A stretch of DNA of 55,920 nucleotides from an uncultured Pyrinomonadaceae bacterium (GCA_902805935.1 CADCUR010000001.1:1-55920); one strand, 5' to 3'; positions 1 through 7,790 are shown, counted from the first letter of the stretch. Notes: generated from the sequence alone by a model not told the origin. Numbers and translations: made by a program.

Positions 1-19
1 ATAGTGCCGTAAAATTGAC

Positions 20-964
20 TCAGCTTATTATAGAAACAACTTTTGCCTCGCCCGATTCCGATTGCTGACGCGCGTGATACGACGAGCGCGTGAGCGGCGA
101 TGATTCGACGTGCTTGAAGCCCATTTCCAGACCGATGCGTTTCCATTCGGCAAATTCTTCGGGTGTGACGTAGCGTTCAACCGGCAAGCGGCGTTCATAA
201 GGCTGTAGATACTGCCCGATGGTCATAATGTCGCAGGAAACCGAGCGTAAATCTCGCATCAGTTCGATGACTTCTTCAAACGTCTCGCCCAAGCCAGCCA
301 TAATTCCGCTTTTCGTTTTCATACGCGGAAACTGCGTATCACGATAAAATGCGGCGCGTTCGAGCAAAGTTAATGTTTGCTTATAAATCGCGTCGGGGCG
401 CACGCGGCGGTAAAGACGCGCGATGGTTTCGGTGTTGTGATTCAAAACTTCGGGACGCGCCGCTAAAACAGTATTTAAAGCGTCTTCGTTGCCTTGAAAA
501 TCGGGAATCAAAACTTCGACGCGGCACGCCGGATTCATCCGGTGAACTGTGCGAATCGTTTCCGCCCAATGCGCTGCGCCGCCATCCGGCAAATCGTCAC
601 GATTGACAGACGTGATGACGGCGTGTTCCAAACCTAAATGAGCGACGGCTTCGGCGACGTGGCGCGGTTCTTCCGAGTCTAAATCCATCGGCACGCCTTT
701 GTTGACGGCGCAAAAACCGCAGTGGCGCGTGCAAGTGTCGCCGCCGAGCATAAAGGTCGCCGTTTTGTCCGTCCAGCATTCAAAAATATTCGGGCAGCGC
801 GCTTCCTGACAAACCGTGTGCAGATTAAGTCCGTCAATCAATTTCAAAACCTGGTTCTGATTCGTCGGATCGCCGACGCGGATTTTCAGCCAGTCGGGTT
901 TTTTCAGCCGCTCACGTTTCTTTTTGCGGACGAAATTTTCGATTAAAACTTTTTCTTCAATCAT
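20..964 (-). CDS. lipA: Lipoyl synthase (radical SAM)
   Basis: 314-aa ORF with ATG start. It carries the LipA-specific auxiliary cluster motif (CQEARCPNIFECW) and the radical-SAM motif CTRHCGFC. Length is typical for LipA. Confidence 0.95.
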   Translation of the reverse strand: MIEEKVLIENFVRKKKRERLKKPDWLKIRVGDPTNQNQVLKLIDGLNLHTVCQEARCPNIFECWTDKTATFMLGGDTCTRHCGFCAVNKGVPMDLDSEEPRHVAEAVAHLGLEHAVITSVNRDDLPDGGAAHWAETIRTVHRMNPACRVEVLIPDFQGNEDALNTVLAARPEVLNHNTETIARLYRRVRPDAIYKQTLTLLERAAFYRDTQFPRMKTKSGIMAGLGETFEEVIELMRDLRSVSCDIMTIGQYLQPYERRLPVERYVTPEEFAEWKRIGLEMGFKHVESSPLTRSSYHARQQSESGEAKVVSIIS

Positions 965-1090
965 AAAAAATATAATTTAAAGCCGTATGAAAGCATTTTA
1001 ACATTTTGCCGAAAGCCTACGCGAATTAACCTCAAAAAATACGCCTTGGTAAAGTTAGATGCAGTTTTTCCAAACTTTCCGATTGTCTTT

Positions 1091-1429
1091 TTAACTCAAA
1101 CGAGCGACGACTTTTCCTCGGATATATTCTCTTGTTACTGCTCCGAAATGGCGGCTGTCATTGCTGTCTTCCAAATTGTCTCCGACTAAAAAATAATGTC
1201 CGTGTTCGTTGATTCGCTCTATTCTTTTGACGACTTCGCTAGTTTGTTCGATTGGGTGTTTGGCAATCACGATGTCGCCGACTTCGATTTTCGCCGCTCT
1301 GTCAACGAGAACCGTTTCGCCGTCTTTCAGAGTCGGATTCATTGATTTGCCTTCGCAAATATATTTATAGCGCGAGCCTAGAAAAACCAGGGCGATTTCA
1401 TAAAAGCTGGCTTCGGGTAAATCTCTCAC
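1091..1429 (-). CDS. Short S26-family serine peptidase (signal-peptidase-I-like, SodX-like size)
   Basis: 112-aa ORF with GTG start. It has GKSMNPTL (catalytic Ser), VVKRI (catalytic Lys region) and GDNxxxSxDSR motifs. I see no clearly hydrophobic membrane-anchor helix by eye. Confidence 0.6.
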   Translation of the reverse strand: MRDLPEASFYEIALVFLGSRYKYICEGKSMNPTLKDGETVLVDRAAKIEVGDIVIAKHPIEQTSEVVKRIERINEHGHYFLVGDNLEDSNDSRHFGAVTREYIRGKVVARLS

Positions 1430-1532
1430 TCGTTCTTGGATTAACGCCTCTCCTTCAACTGTTTAATTACGAAACTATTTAACGCGCTCGCGCGGCAGAT
1501 TTCCGTTCGGCGAACGGTAGCCGAAAACTCAT

Positions 1533-1561
1533 TTGACAAAACATTTTCAATTTTCTAAATT
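1533..1561 (+). promoter_or_regulatory. Sigma70-like promoter for the cysM leader
   Basis: TTGACA (1533-1538), 17-nt spacer, TAAATT (1556-1561). It sits about 200 nt upstream of the cysM ATG. Confidence 0.4.
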
Positions 1562-1593
1562 CAGAATATAGACTTTTTTGTAAAGATTCAAAT

Positions 1594-1674
1594 ATGAATA
1601 AATCCCGCCGCAAAAATCAAACTTATCGTTGCTGTTGCAAAACGCACTGGCTAAGATTTGGCGTGAAAATGTGA
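1594..1674 (+). CDS. Candidate Cys-rich leader peptide (26 aa, MNKSRRKNQTYRCCCKTHWLRFGVKM)
   Basis: Hand-translated ATG..TGA mini-ORF that is absent from the ORF track. Three consecutive Cys codons TGC TGT TGC lie at 1630-1638. It sits between a promoter-like element and a terminator hairpin upstream of a cysteine synthase operon. No clear Shine-Dalgarno sequence is present. Confidence 0.45.
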   Translation: MNKSRRKNQTYRCCCKTHWLRFGVKM

Positions 1675-1706
1675 GAATCAACAAACGCTAAAATATAAAT
1701 ATCCAG

Positions 1707-1753
1707 TCGGTCGTAGAACTCGGTAAACCGGAATTCACGACCGATTTTGTTTT
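1707..1753 (+). terminator. Leader intrinsic terminator / attenuator upstream of cysM
   Basis: TCGGTCGT (1707-1714) pairs with ACGACCGA (1737-1744), with extra inner pairing (GAA/TTC, TCGG/CCGG). A TTTTGTTTT tract follows at 1745-1753, ending 11 nt before the cysM ATG. Confidence 0.55.
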
Positions 1754-1764
1754 CGGTGAAAAAG

Positions 1765-2712
1765 ATGGAATCGGCAGTTTTAGAAAAAGATTCAAAAGAA
1801 AACCAAGCGCGTCTGGAAGCGCAAATCGGTAACACGCCGCTCGTTCGTCTGCGCCGCGTCGCGGAAGATTTGCCCGAAAACGTCGAGATTTACGCGAAAG
1901 CCGAACATTTAAATCCGGGCGGTTCGGTGAAAGACCGCGCGGCTCTGGCGATGATTCGGGCGGGCGAAAAATCGGGCGAGCTGACGAAAAATAAAACTAT
2001 TCTTGATGCGACGAGCGGCAATACCGGAATCGCCTACGCGATGATCGGCGCGGCTCGCGGTTATCGAGTTACGCTTTGTTTGCCGAAGAACGCGAGCCTC
2101 GAACGCAAACGTATTTTAAGGATTTACGGCGCGGAAATCATCGAAACCGACCAGATGAATGGCACGGACGGCGCGCAAATTATGGCTAAAGAGCTTTACG
2201 CGAAACATCCCGAAAAGTATTTTTATCCCGACCAATACAACAACGAAGCCAATTGGCGAGCGCATTACGAACAAAGCGCGCCGGAAATCTGGCGGCAAAC
2301 AGAAGGGAAAATAACGCACTTTGTCGCCGGTTTGGGAACTACCGGCACTTTTGTCGGCACGGCGCGCGGGTTGAAAGAACTCAATCCGAAAATTCAAATG
2401 ATTTCGATGCAGCCGGATTCGCCGCTGCACGGACTCGAAGGAATGAAGCATCTGGAAACGGCGATTGTGCCGGGAATTTACGATGCGAGTTTAGCGGATG
2501 AAAACGTCGAAGTAACGACCGAAGACGCGCACGAAATGACGCGCCGTTTAGCGAAAGAAGAAGGTTTGCTGGTCGGTGTCAGCGCGGGCGCAAATGTTTT
2601 CGCCGCCGTGCGTTTGGCGCGGAAATTAAAAACCGATGCTGTTATCGTGACGGTTTTATGCGACGGCGGCGGCAAATACTTGAGCGAAAATTTTTGGAAC
2701 GAGAAGCAGTAG
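1765..2712 (+). CDS. cysM: Cysteine synthase, PLP-dependent (CysM/CysK family, probably the sulfur-carrier-dependent CysM type)
   Basis: The ORF shows a PLP-lysine region (NPGGSVKDR), the SGNTG loop and a GxGTxGT-like loop (GLGTTGT). The ATG at 1765 is preferred over the track TTG at 1747, which lies inside the leader U-tract. Its neighbours are a JAMM peptidase and a CysO-like carrier. Confidence 0.9.
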   Translation: MESAVLEKDSKENQARLEAQIGNTPLVRLRRVAEDLPENVEIYAKAEHLNPGGSVKDRAALAMIRAGEKSGELTKNKTILDATSGNTGIAYAMIGAARGYRVTLCLPKNASLERKRILRIYGAEIIETDQMNGTDGAQIMAKELYAKHPEKYFYPDQYNNEANWRAHYEQSAPEIWRQTEGKITHFVAGLGTTGTFVGTARGLKELNPKIQMISMQPDSPLHGLEGMKHLETAIVPGIYDASLADENVEVTTEDAHEMTRRLAKEEGLLVGVSAGANVFAAVRLARKLKTDAVIVTVLCDGGGKYLSENFWNEKQ

Positions 2713-2731
2713 TTTTTACAAAATTTCAAAC

Positions 2732-3169
2732 GTGATTACATTAACCGAAGAACAAATTTCAGAAATTGAAAAACACGGCGAGCGTGAATATCCGTTTGAA
2801 TGCTGCGGCTTGCTCGTCGGGAGTTTCGCGGCGAACGGAGAAAAACAAGTCGCCGAAATTTTCCCGATTGAGAATGCCCGTGAAGAATCAGCAAAGCATA
2901 ATCGCTCCTTGATCACGCCGCAGGATTTAATGCGCGGAGAAAAATACGCGCGCGGAAAAAAACTCGATATTGTGGGGAATTATCATTCGCATCCAGATCA
3001 TCCGGCAATCCCGTCGCAATTCGATTTAGACCACGCGCTTCCGGTTTGGTCATACGTTATTGTTTCAATCGAAAAGGGAAAAGCGGTTGACGCGCGTTCT
3101 TGGGAAATGGAAAACGACCGCTCGAAATTTAATGAGGAAGAGATTATAAAAATAATGAATCAGGATTAA
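2732..3169 (+). CDS. mec: JAMM/MPN+ metallopeptidase (Mec-like)
   Basis: 145 aa with a complete JAMM motif: E in PFECCG, then HSHPDHPAIPSQFD (HxH-x7-S-xx-D). The GTG start lies 19 nt after the cysM stop. Confidence 0.85.
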   Translation: MITLTEEQISEIEKHGEREYPFECCGLLVGSFAANGEKQVAEIFPIENAREESAKHNRSLITPQDLMRGEKYARGKKLDIVGNYHSHPDHPAIPSQFDLDHALPVWSYVIVSIEKGKAVDARSWEMENDRSKFNEEEIIKIMNQD

Positions 3170-3213
3170 GAATGATGAATGAAAACTATGAAACTATTAT
3201 TCATCATTCTTAA
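3166..3213. repeat. 14-bp perfect hairpin between mec and cysO-moeZ, arms with heptamer periodicity
   Basis: TTAAGAATGATGAA (3166-3179) pairs with TTCATCATTCTTAA (3200-3213) around a 20-nt loop. The left arm overlaps the mec stop codon. Arms read as 7-nt units (TGATGAA TGAAAAC ... TCATCAT TCTTAAT TCATCAT). Confidence 0.7.
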
Positions 3214-3239
3214 TTCATCATTCAGGGAGAAATAAGTTT

Positions 3240-4694
3240 ATGGCAGTAACAGTTGTAATTCCGACTCCGCTTCGACAATTCGCGGGCGGAAAATCGGAAA
3301 TTGAAGTCGAAGCGACGACGGCGGGCGAGGCGTTGGAGAAATTGACGACCGCGCACGCCGATTTGAAAAAGCATCTTTACAACGACCAGGACAAACTGCG
3401 AAGTTTCGTCAACGTTTACGTCGGCGACGAAGACATCCGGCACACGGGCGGCGAAACGACTCCGGTTAAAGACGGCGAAACTATTATGATTGTGCCGTCA
3501 ATCGCGGGCGGAAATTTTGGCGCGGAAGCCAGAGCGGAAAGGGAATTGCCGGCGCTGACGAATGAAGAATACGCGAGATATTCGCGGCATTTGATTTTGC
3601 CGGAAGTCGGACTTGAAGGTCAGAGAAAATTAAAAGCGGCGCGTGTTTTGATGATTGGCACGGGCGGTTTGGGTTCGCCTTTGGGTTTATATCTGGCGGC
3701 GGCGGGCATCGGCACAATCGGCTTGGTTGATTTCGATGTCGTGGACGAGTCGAATCTTCAGCGCCAGATCATTCACGGGACGAAAGATGTCGGGCGACCG
3801 AAAATCGCGTCGGCGAAAGACCGTCTGAACGACATCAACCCGAACACGCGAATCGAAACTTACGAAACGATGCTGACGAGCGCGAACGCTTTGGGATTAT
3901 TCAAAGATTACGACGTGATTGTTGACGGCACGGACAATTTTCAAACGCGCTATCTCGTCAACGACGCTTCGGTTCTGACCGGAAAACCGAATGTTTACGG
4001 CTCGATTTTTCGTTTTGAAGGACAGGCGAGCGTCTTTTGGGCGGAAAAAGGCGCGTGTTACCGATGTCTTTATCCCGAACCGCCTCCGCCGGGACTTGTT
4101 CCGTCGTGTGCCGAAGGCGGCGTGTTGGGTGTTTTGCCCGGCATCGTCGGCACGATTCAGGCGAATGAAGTTATTAAAGTCATTCTCGGCGCAGAAGGGA
4201 TTTTGTTAAATCGTTTATTGCTTTTCGACGCCTGGACGATGAAGTTCCGCGAATTGAAACTTCGCAAAAATCCCGATTGTCCATTGTGCGGAACAAATCC
4301 GACGATTAAAGAATTGATTGATTACGAAGCGTTTTGCGGTCTAAAGCAACCGAATGATGAAAAGAAAGAAGTTTTGGAAGAAATAACGGCGACCGAGTTA
4401 AGCGATTTAATTAAAACGAGCGCCGATGTGCAAATAATTGACGTGCGTGAGCCGCACGAGTACGAAATCGCCAGAATTCCGAATACGAAATTGATTCCGC
4501 TCGGCGAAGTTATCAAACGCGCCAGTGAAATTGACGCGAATCAAACCGCTATCATTCACTGCAAAGCCGGTGGGCGCAGCGCGAAAGCGATTGAAGCGTT
4601 AAAAGCGAACGGTTACACAGGAAAGTTGATTAATCTGAAAGGCGGCATCACGGCTTGGTCGAACGAGGTTGACCGCGAAGTGCCGAAATACTAA
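3240..4694 (+). CDS. moeZ: Fusion protein: ThiS/MoaD/CysO-like ubiquitin-fold domain (aa 1-91, ends AGG) + MoeB/ThiF E1-like adenylyltransferase + C-terminal rhodanese (MoeZ-like)
   Basis: A GGGAGA ribosome-binding site precedes the ATG. The N-terminal 91 aa end in IAGG (nt 3240-3512). The E1 domain has GTGGLGSP, zinc-site cysteines CYRC and CPLCG, and the SCAEGGVLG loop. The rhodanese active site is HCKAGGRS. The frame is continuous with no stop between domains. Confidence 0.85.
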   Translation: MAVTVVIPTPLRQFAGGKSEIEVEATTAGEALEKLTTAHADLKKHLYNDQDKLRSFVNVYVGDEDIRHTGGETTPVKDGETIMIVPSIAGGNFGAEARAERELPALTNEEYARYSRHLILPEVGLEGQRKLKAARVLMIGTGGLGSPLGLYLAAAGIGTIGLVDFDVVDESNLQRQIIHGTKDVGRPKIASAKDRLNDINPNTRIETYETMLTSANALGLFKDYDVIVDGTDNFQTRYLVNDASVLTGKPNVYGSIFRFEGQASVFWAEKGACYRCLYPEPPPPGLVPSCAEGGVLGVLPGIVGTIQANEVIKVILGAEGILLNRLLLFDAWTMKFRELKLRKNPDCPLCGTNPTIKELIDYEAFCGLKQPNDEKKEVLEEITATELSDLIKTSADVQIIDVREPHEYEIARIPNTKLIPLGEVIKRASEIDANQTAIIHCKAGGRSAKAIEALKANGYTGKLINLKGGITAWSNEVDREVPKY

Positions 4695-4703
4695 TAAATG
4701 GAA

Positions 4704-4754
4704 AACGGAAAACGGAAAATGAAATCTTTTATTTTCCATTTTCCGTTTTCCGTT
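4704..4754. terminator. Bidirectional terminator hairpin between convergent moeZ and sodA
   Basis: The perfect 18-bp stem AACGGAAAACGGAAAATG (4704-4721) pairs with CATTTTCCGTTTTCCGTT (4737-4754). The left arm is GGAAAAC GGAAAAC GGAAAAT, three tandem heptamers. Confidence 0.75.
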
Positions 4755-4760
4755 AAACAA

Positions 4761-5402
4761 TTATTCCGCGCGCAGTCTTTCGTAACGCTGCGCGATTGCG
4801 TCCCAATCTACTGTGTCCCACCAGGCTTTCAGATAATCCGGGCGGCGGTTGTTGTATTTCAGGTAATAAGCGTGCTCCCAAACGTCGTTGCCGAGAAGCG
4901 GCTCGACGCCTCGGTGAAACGGCGTGTCTTGATTCGGCTGCGACGCGATTTCTAATTTACCGCCGCTTGCGGTGGTGACGAACACCCAGCCCGAGCCGAA
5001 TTGTTTGACGCCCGCGTCGTTGAATTTCGTTTTGAAATCGTCGAACGAACCGAACGCGCCGTCAATCGCCGTTGCCAAATCGCCCGACGGTTTGCCGCCG
5101 CCGGATTTCATAATCGTCCAGAACATCGAATGATTGATGTGTCCGCCGCCGTTGTTGCGAACCGCGCCGCGCACCTCTTCCGGAACGCCGTCCAAACCGG
5201 AAAGCAATTCCGATAAAGTTTTTCCGTGCAAATCCCGGTGTTGTTCGACGGCTTTGTTGAGATTGTCCACATACGCCTGATGGTGTTTGTCGTGATGCAG
5301 ACGCATTGTTTCCGCGTCAATGACGGGTTCAAGCGCGTCGAAATCGTATTCGAGCGCGGGCAGTTCAAACGGATATTTCTGGTCTTTCGCTTCAGTCGCC
5401 AT
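4761..5402 (-). CDS. sodA: Superoxide dismutase, Fe/Mn family (Mn-type signature)
   Basis: HHDKHH, GGGHINHSMFW and DVWEHAYYLKYNNRRPDYL motifs are present. The ATG at 5402 is preferred to the track TTG at 5411 because of spacing to the GGGAGA ribosome-binding site. Confidence 0.93.
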   Translation of the reverse strand: MATEAKDQKYPFELPALEYDFDALEPVIDAETMRLHHDKHHQAYVDNLNKAVEQHRDLHGKTLSELLSGLDGVPEEVRGAVRNNGGGHINHSMFWTIMKSGGGKPSGDLATAIDGAFGSFDDFKTKFNDAGVKQFGSGWVFVTTASGGKLEIASQPNQDTPFHRGVEPLLGNDVWEHAYYLKYNNRRPDYLKAWWDTVDWDAIAQRYERLRAE

Positions 5403-5450
5403 AATTTTCAATTTTCTCCCTTTTAAGTATGATTAATAAAACGGTCTTGC

Positions 5451-5518
5451 GTTTTCGGTCTTTGGTCTTGGTAAATCTTTAGCGCAAAACTTCATAACCG
5501 CGAACGAAGACCGAAAAC
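5451..5518. repeat. 12-bp hairpin with 44-nt loop downstream of the 2Fe-2S ferredoxin gene
   Basis: GTTTTCGGTCTT (5451-5462) pairs with AAGACCGAAAAC (5507-5518). The arms have 7-nt periodicity (CGGTCTT GCGTTTT CGGTCTT TGGTCTT). No U-tract follows. Confidence 0.65.
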
Positions 5519-5522
5519 CGTT

Positions 5523-5879
5523 TTACTCTTGCGGTCTCCCGCCCGCGTCAATGCCTTCGACGCTCGCCTGGCGAACGACTTTGACGTGCAAATCGTCAAT
5601 TACGCGCATTTGACACGACAGCCGCGTATGGTCGTTTAAGTCTGTTTTTGTCGCTAAGATAACTCGTTCGGGGTCGCCGATTTCGCCCGGGTCGCCGTCT
5701 AAAATCTCGACGCGACAAGTCGTGCATTTGGCGTTTCCGCCGCACCGGTGCAAAATGTCAACGCCGTTGTCTTCGAGCGCCAAAACGAGCTTTCTGTTTT
5801 CTTCGACATCGAAAGCGATTGTTCCCTGCGCCGCTTCCGCCGTTATTCTGAATACTTTTCCGATTGCCGGATCTGACAT
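5523..5879 (-). CDS. 2Fe-2S ferredoxin
   Basis: 118 aa with the cluster-ligand pattern CGGNAKCTTC ... C (RLSCQ), typical of fer2-type ferredoxins. Confidence 0.8.
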   Translation of the reverse strand: MSDPAIGKVFRITAEAAQGTIAFDVEENRKLVLALEDNGVDILHRCGGNAKCTTCRVEILDGDPGEIGDPERVILATKTDLNDHTRLSCQMRVIDDLHVKVVRQASVEGIDAGGRPQE

Positions 5880-5941
5880 AAGTTTTCCTCAAACTCCTTT
5901 GATTTGAATTTGGCATAAATTATAGTTGATTTCAAACGCGA

Positions 5942-6730
5942 CTAAAAAATCGGAAACAACGATTTATTTTCCGTCGGCGGCTGGTCGCCTCGGTATAAGA
6001 CTCGTTCGAGAAATAAACCCGACGGCGGTGCCGTGTGTTTGGCGGCAGCGTTCGATCGAAATTTCAAAAGACGTTCAAAATCAGAAACCGAAGCGCCTCC
6101 GCGCCCGACTTCCGCCAGCATTCCGACGATTCTTCTAACCATTTTCCACAGAAAATGAGACGCGCCGATGCGGAAACATATCAAATCCCGGTCGGTGAAA
6201 ATCTCGCTTCGTTCGACTGCGACGACGGTTGATTGTTTTTTCGTTTCGTCAATCTCGCAGAGCGATTGAAAATCGTGTTTGCCGACGAGCAGCGCGGCGG
6301 CTTCACGCATCGCGTCCGTTTTCAAATCGTCTTTTATCCACCATACGAAATTTTTCGCAAACGCCGTGCGCCGCGTCGAAATTTGGTAAAGATAAAACCG
6401 TTGCACTGCATCGCGTCTGGCGTCGAAGTTTTCCGGCGCGTTTAACACTCTTTTGACGTTGATGTCGTGCGGCAACAAATCGTTGAAGCCGAATTGAATC
6501 TGGCGCGGCGTGACGTTAGCTTTCAAATCAGAAACGCGCAGATGAGCGATTTGCGACACGGCGTGAACGCCTGCGTCGGTGCGTCCGGCACCGCCGAGTT
6601 CGACTTTGCCGGAAAAAAGTTGGTAAGCCGCTTTTTGCAATTCGCCCTGCACGGTATTGGCGTTGTGCTGAATTTGCCAGCCGCGATAACGCGTGCCTTC
6701 GTATTCGATTTCGAGTTTCCAGGTTGGCAT
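5942..6730 (-). CDS. truA: tRNA pseudouridine(38-40) synthase
   Basis: It has YEGTRYRGWQIQ near the N-terminus and the catalytic GRTDAGVHA motif. The ATG at 6730 (MPTWKLEIEYEGT) is preferred. The track start at 6778 would extend the gene into an inverted repeat. Confidence 0.9.
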   Translation of the reverse strand: MPTWKLEIEYEGTRYRGWQIQHNANTVQGELQKAAYQLFSGKVELGGAGRTDAGVHAVSQIAHLRVSDLKANVTPRQIQFGFNDLLPHDINVKRVLNAPENFDARRDAVQRFYLYQISTRRTAFAKNFVWWIKDDLKTDAMREAAALLVGKHDFQSLCEIDETKKQSTVVAVERSEIFTDRDLICFRIGASHFLWKMVRRIVGMLAEVGRGGASVSDFERLLKFRSNAAAKHTAPPSGLFLERVLYRGDQPPTENKSLFPIF

Positions 6731-6735
6731 AATGT

Positions 6736-6865
6736 CATGCGGAGCGCGAAGCGCGGAATGCAGAATCAAGCAGAGCATTGCGCTTTGAAAAATATACTAA
6801 CCGATATGATGTTGAAAACTAAATTGGAAATTTTATTCTGCATTCCGCGCTTCGCACTCTGCATG
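6736..6865. repeat. 31-bp imperfect inverted repeat (29/31) around a 68-bp spacer, in the truA / phosphoesterase divergent intergenic region
   Basis: CATGCGGAGCGCGAAGCGCGGAATGCAGAAT (6736-6766) matches the reverse complement of ATTCTGCATTCCGCGCTTCGCACTCTGCATG (6835-6865) with 2 mismatches. Confidence 0.8.
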
Positions 6866-6917
6866 TAAACGCCTCGCTCTCGCCAAAAAAAGAATGAGCC
6901 TGTAAAATAAAGTAAAT

Positions 6918-7790
6918 ATGAAATTTGTCGAACGAGGGAAGGAAAAATTATCGAAAAGAATTTCGGCGGCGGTCTCGACGGGAACACCGCTGCGCGAACT
7001 GGCGAGCAATATTTCGGTTACGGCGCGTCACGCGCTGGCGGAAGCTGATACTTTGATTGTCGAAACAGTTCGAATTCATTTGAAACGCTTGCCGAAAAAT
7101 CTCGACGGCTGGCGCATCGCACATTTGTCGGACATTCACCACAGTCCCTTCACGAGTCTCGAACATATTTTGCGCGCCGTCGAAATAGCCAATGAATTAA
7201 AACCCGATATGGTATTTTTGACTGGCGATTTCGTTTCGCACGAACGTGAATACATCGAGCCGATGGCGCAAGCGATGGGACGGCTCAAGTCAGAATTCGG
7301 AACTTTCGCTTGCCTGGGAAATCACGACCACCGCACCGATGCGACACTGGTGACCGACAGTTTGCGGGCGGAAAACATCCGCGTTTTAATCAACGAAGGT
7401 TTTCGGTTTTCGGCGCGCGGCGCATCGTTTTGGCTCGGCGGAACAGACGATTATATGGTTGGATTGACTGATTTGCCCGCCGCTTTGCGCGGCTCGTTTC
7501 CCGACGAAATGAAAATGCTCCTGGCACATAATCCAAAAACTTTGTATCGCGCCGCCCGCGCCGGAGTGGATCTGATGTTCAGCGGACATACGCATGGCGG
7601 GCAGGTCAGACTGCGCGACGAGGAAAAGAAAATTCTGCCGCGCCGCCGGTTTGCGAGCGGTCTTTACCGACGCAAAGATTCGCAAATGTATATCACGCGC
7701 GGAATCGGCACGGTCGTTCTGCCGGTGCGCTTTGGCTGCCCCCCAGAAGTTTCTTTAATCGAACTGCGTTCAAGCGGTCTTTGGTCTTAG
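6918..7790 (+). CDS. Metallophosphoesterase (calcineurin-like, YkuE/YaeI-like)
   Basis: It carries the DIHH, GDFV, GNHD and GHTHGGQ motif series. Confidence 0.85.
   Translation: MKFVERGKEKLSKRISAAVSTGTPLRELASNISVTARHALAEADTLIVETVRIHLKRLPKNLDGWRIAHLSDIHHSPFTSLEHILRAVEIANELKPDMVFLTGDFVSHEREYIEPMAQAMGRLKSEFGTFACLGNHDHRTDATLVTDSLRAENIRVLINEGFRFSARGASFWLGGTDDYMVGLTDLPAALRGSFPDEMKMLLAHNPKTLYRAARAGVDLMFSGHTHGGQVRLRDEEKKILPRRRFASGLYRRKDSQMYITRGIGTVVLPVRFGCPPEVSLIELRSSGLWS

Noticed and set aside
1623-1835. 70-codon minus-strand ORF in the cysM leader
   Set aside because: It is antisense to the promoter, mini-ORF and terminator arrangement and overlaps the cysM start. It has no ribosome-binding site, so it is better explained as chance.
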